Source of the DNA: Candidatus Thorarchaeota archaeon
GTDB lineage: Archaea > Asgardarchaeota > Thorarchaeia > Thorarchaeales > Thorarchaeaceae
Direction: 5' to 3'
Length of the DNA stretch: 10,401 nucleotides
Assembly: GCA_011364905.1 (NCBI GenBank)
Contig: RDNZ01000015.1
Location: 51,670-62,070, forward strand
A program made the translations under genes and the position numbers. The notes beneath the pieces are model-generated. The model had not been told where the DNA came from. It was given only the letters and a program-made list of their open reading frames with translations, and made no database searches. Shown in pieces: positions 7,846 through 10,401 of the stretch (positions are counted from its first letter, which is position 1; each line of letters begins with the position of its first letter).

Positions 7846-8550
7846 TCAAGATGAGAAGGGATTTGGTTCTTTTCTCAAACGACGCCTGAATTCATCAGCC
7901 TTGAGGCTGCATTGTTCAGAGTTATCGTCATCGCCAAGATTACTATAGACATCTGATAAAAGATCGTTTGTTGTTGAAACCCCGAAATTGTCACCAATGC
8001 TTTCCAAAGTGGAATCGGCATCCTTTAGGACACGAACTGCTTGGTCATAGAGACTCCTCGCATTCAGCACTTGACCGCGTGTTATTAATGTCCACCCCAC
8101 GACTTGGTTCATTGATGAATCATCGGGACATGCTTCAGCCAACAAGAACAAGCGTACCCAACTTTGTTCTGCGTGCTCGATGTCTCCACTGCTAAGGAAT
8201 GCATTTCCGAGTGCAAGTAATGCACGTGCGACCTGAACGTCACTTCCAGAAGTTTCAGCCAAGTTCAATGCCTCAGTCGTCCGATCCACACTGCCATCGT
8301 TTCTACCGAGACCCACTAATGCATTGTCTATTACGAGTAGACATTGGGAGAGAGTTTTTCGTCTCAACTTTTCCAATTCAGGATTTAAGCCACTGAGTTG
8401 CTCAAGCGCCTTCTTTGCCTTTCTACACATTTCAAGTTCAGCAGAGTAGTCCTGGTCATGAGTGCTTCTCCAAGTTGCATGATCCACCAAAGCAGTGGCT
8501 TCTTGGATAACGCTCTCAGATTCGTTCATTAACAAACTCGCCAGTTTCAT
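7846..8550 (-). CDS. Tetratricopeptide repeat protein
   Basis: About 40-aa helical repeats with TPR consensus: ALLALGNAFLSSGDIEHAEQ, TLITRGQVLNARSLYDQAVRVLKDA, NDLLSDVYSNLGDDDNSEQCSLKA. Confidence 0.8.
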   Translation of the reverse strand: MKLASLLMNESESVIQEATALVDHATWRSTHDQDYSAELEMCRKAKKALEQLSGLNPELEKLRRKTLSQCLLVIDNALVGLGRNDGSVDRTTEALNLAETSGSDVQVARALLALGNAFLSSGDIEHAEQSWVRLFLLAEACPDDSSMNQVVGWTLITRGQVLNARSLYDQAVRVLKDADSTLESIGDNFGVSTTNDLLSDVYSNLGDDDNSEQCSLKADEFRRRLRKEPNPFSS

Positions 8551-8576
8551 TATGATAATAATATCGGATATAACTG

Positions 8577-9314
8577 CTAGCTCATCTTTTCGTATAATGC
8601 ATTCGCCATCTCACTGACTGTACTAGTTGCGTAGAGATTACTTTCGTTGGGTTGAGATGCTGCAACTGTGGTGAGTGAATAGACTTTCAACATCTGCAGG
8701 ACATGGTCTCCCGATCTAATAGTTGAAGGCGCGATATCAATGACAGGCGATATTGCTCCCTGAGCAATCTCTACTTGAATGCGAAAGATGTAGACTTCAG
8801 GAACATTTCCCTTAAGCAAATCCCCTTCTGCATCAAATACACCAACAAATGCAATTTCTGGAAGCTTGAGCGCCTTGTCAATCAACCGCTCAATGAATTT
8901 GATAATCTTCGGAGGAGGTCGATTGAGGTCAACTGAGAGATAGTTGTTAATTAGAGCATCTAGGTCAGCAATATCGCTCATACTCCCATTCCATGATTTA
9001 ATAATGTCCACAAAATCATGCGCAATCGCTTTACCCAGTGATTGCATCAGATTTCTCAGTTGAGTTACAGGCTCTTCTTTCGGTGCCAGTGCAATAAGAG
9101 CAAAAGATGGAAAGAAGATGTATGCCCATACATCATCATCCATCTCGAGCAAGTAAACCCTCTCCGAGGATATGCCCGAGCTTGACCACATCATCGCCAC
9201 CGAATTACGAACTAAAGAGGGTAAAGCTGCGAGAGCCGAGTAGGCACCATCCTCAAATGTGCGTCCATAAAGAGGATCACCTTCTTTATTGATCATATAT
9301 ACACACCGAATCAT
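8577..9314 (-). CDS. Longin-like domain fused to a C-terminal roadblock/LC7-like domain (Asgard-type eukaryotic signature protein)
   Basis: N-terminus MIRCVYMINKEGDPLYGRTF with a bb-a-bbb-aa pattern typical of longin/sigma-adaptin/TRAPP-like domains; linker NRPPPK; then helix-IAFVGVFDAEGDLL...strands...terminal helix, typical of roadblock. Confidence 0.65.
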   Translation of the reverse strand: MIRCVYMINKEGDPLYGRTFEDGAYSALAALPSLVRNSVAMMWSSSGISSERVYLLEMDDDVWAYIFFPSFALIALAPKEEPVTQLRNLMQSLGKAIAHDFVDIIKSWNGSMSDIADLDALINNYLSVDLNRPPPKIIKFIERLIDKALKLPEIAFVGVFDAEGDLLKGNVPEVYIFRIQVEIAQGAISPVIDIAPSTIRSGDHVLQMLKVYSLTTVAASQPNESNLYATSTVSEMANALYEKMS

Positions 9315-9435
9315 TGTGGCTCAGACTCAGTGGCTTTAAGCGTGTGTCCCAAGTCATAAGGATTACTTGTCCCAATCAACACGGAAAATATCGCCGGGTA
9401 CACTAGATTCTTATCTTCATTAACCAAGGACCATA

Positions 9436-9441
9436 GGAGGT
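9436..9441 (+). promoter_or_regulatory. Ribosome-binding site of the wHTH gene
   Basis: GGAGGT 8 nt upstream of ATG 9450. Confidence 0.7.
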
Positions 9442-9449
9442 CAACGTGG

Positions 9450-9776
9450 ATGTCACCAGAAGAGAAACCGAAGAAGCGGAGAAAACGAGAGCTTCAGAAG
9501 CGAACACGTTATGACATCTATGCTGAATTACTTCGGGTAATTTACATCTGGGGATTTTGCCCTCTGACGAGAGCTGCTCGTTCTACAAACATGCCCGTAG
9601 ATAGAGCGAAGGATTCCATTACCGAACTTGTGGAGAGAGGATTACTTGAAGAAGATGATGACGATGGAATGACTGTCTTCAAAGTGACAGTTCGTGGGCA
9701 TCAATACCTAGAACTGTACAAGAGACTCGCAGGCCTCGTAGGAATCCCCATTCCGGAGCCGATCATTGGGATGTGA
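9450..9776 (+). CDS. Archaeal winged helix-turn-helix transcriptional regulator
   Basis: RTRYDIYAELL...LTRAARSTNM...AKDSITELVERGLL...FKVTVRGHQYLELY matches small archaeal wHTH regulators. Strong RBS. Confidence 0.88.
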   Translation: MSPEEKPKKRRKRELQKRTRYDIYAELLRVIYIWGFCPLTRAARSTNMPVDRAKDSITELVERGLLEEDDDDGMTVFKVTVRGHQYLELYKRLAGLVGIPIPEPIIGM

Positions 9777-9803
9777 GTACTCTGAAAGGAGGTACTGAAG
9801 ATA

Positions 9804-9818
9804 GTCACAACATGTGAC
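9804..9818. promoter_or_regulatory. Palindromic candidate operator GTCACA-ACA-TGTGAC
   Basis: Perfect 6-3-6 inverted repeat, 18 nt upstream of the TATA box at 9837. Confidence 0.5.
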
Positions 9819-9836
9819 CCTAATTTGTGGCCCCGC

Positions 9837-9844
9837 TTTATATA
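9837..9844 (+). promoter_or_regulatory. TATA box for the 9892 gene
   Basis: TTTATATA, a canonical archaeal TATA, 47 nt upstream of ATG 9892. RBS AGGTGA at 9878-9883. Confidence 0.65.
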
Positions 9845-9891
9845 GCAAAAGAAGAACAATTTAGTTAGAAGTACACAAGGTGAAGGCCAAG

Positions 9892-10401
9892 ATGGCTGAT
9901 AAATTATCATTCAAAAACGAAGACACGGTCAAACTCGGAAATGTTGATGGTGATGTCGAGATTCGAAACTGCAGAAGTCTCGAATCAGAAGAGGGCGGAC
10001 AAATAACAATTTCCGGGACTCTATACATTGTTGATGAACTTGAGATCAACAGTTCGCTGCAATGTGGAAGACTTGAGTCCAAGAGTAGAGACCAGATAAC
10101 TGTACATGGAAATCTAACGGTCGAAAAATCAGCAACTGTTCCACGAGGCAGTCTTGTAATTAATGGTGACGCAAAAGCGCGTGATTTTGAAGTTGGTGCC
10201 TCTTTCAAGGTTGATGGGAACCTTGAATGTGTTTCTGCAAAGGCAGGTGCATCCATAAAAGTCACGGGTGATGCGAAAGCGCAGAGATTGACTGGCGGCG
10301 CGTCAGTCAAGATTGAGGGAAATGTGGATGTTGAGAGAGTTTCTGGCGGTGGATCAGTGGGCATCTATGGAAAGATTCAAGCCGATGAGTTTGATGCTGG
10401 T
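9892..10401 (+). CDS. Bactofilin-like (polymer-forming cytoskeletal) beta-helix protein, 5' part, runs off the window edge
   Basis: Hand translation gives 170 open codons, MADKLSFKNEDTVKLGNVDGDVEIRNC...GSVGIYGKIQADEFDAG, with strict 17-aa G/hydrophobic repeats. TATA and GGTGA RBS upstream. Absent from the ORF track because there is no stop in the window. Confidence 0.82.
   Translation, partial: MADKLSFKNEDTVKLGNVDGDVEIRNCRSLESEEGGQITISGTLYIVDELEINSSLQCGRLESKSRDQITVHGNLTVEKSATVPRGSLVINGDAKARDFEVGASFKVDGNLECVSAKAGASIKVTGDAKAQRLTGGASVKIEGNVDVERVSGGGSVGIYGKIQADEFDAG
10147..10401 (+). repeat. Five consecutive 17-aa (51-nt) coding repeats
   Basis: GSLVINGDAKARDFEVG / ASFKVDGNLECVSAKAG / ASIKVTGDAKAQRLTGG / ASVKIEGNVDVERVSGG / GSVGIYGKIQADEFDAG. 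Confidence 0.85.

Noticed and set aside
6111-9292. Short plus-strand ORFs (6111, 6577, 7311, 7654, 7736, 7968, 8199, 9107)
   Set aside because: Antisense to well-supported minus-strand genes.
9701-10364. Minus-strand ORFs 9701..9910 and 9861..10364
   Set aside because: Shadows of the wHTH and the plus-strand beta-helix gene, which has a TATA, RBS and repeat structure. The Ser/Thr/Pro-rich translation is typical antisense.
1-10401. CRISPR array, tRNA/rRNA, transposase, selenoprotein with SECIS
   Set aside because: No spaced identical repeats, cloverleaf or rRNA motifs, or transposase motifs. TGA codons of the recognised genes fall at expected C-termini.

Overview
Archaeal genomic window, most likely from an Asgard lineage. 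This is an inference from the longin/roadblock protein, the archaeal GGAGG/GGTGA ribosome-binding sites, TATA-like promoters and the split-type acyl-CoA mutase. Left to right: an unknown 330-aa protein, a Nif3/DUF34 metal-binding protein and a convergent GT-C (GT87/PIG-M-like) membrane glycosyltransferase. A minus-strand run follows, in transcription order: longin+roadblock-like protein, TPR protein, iron-sulfur flavoprotein, CobA/CobO adenosyltransferase, B12-dependent acyl-CoA mutase large subunit and a small TusA/SirA-like ORF. The window ends with a divergent winged-HTH regulator and the 5' part of a bactofilin-like beta-helix protein that the ORF track missed. Three observations stand out. 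(i) The mutase has Phe/Gln isobutyryl-CoA-mutase specificity residues plus an unusual FHLPT motif, and sits with a candidate B12 reduction/adenosylation pair. (ii) There is a longin-roadblock fusion paired with a TPR protein. (iii) A wHTH and a bactofilin-like gene share a TGTGnCCC motif and a palindrome in their upstream regions. No rRNA, tRNA, CRISPR array or mobile element was recognised. All family calls come from motif recognition by eye, not database searches.
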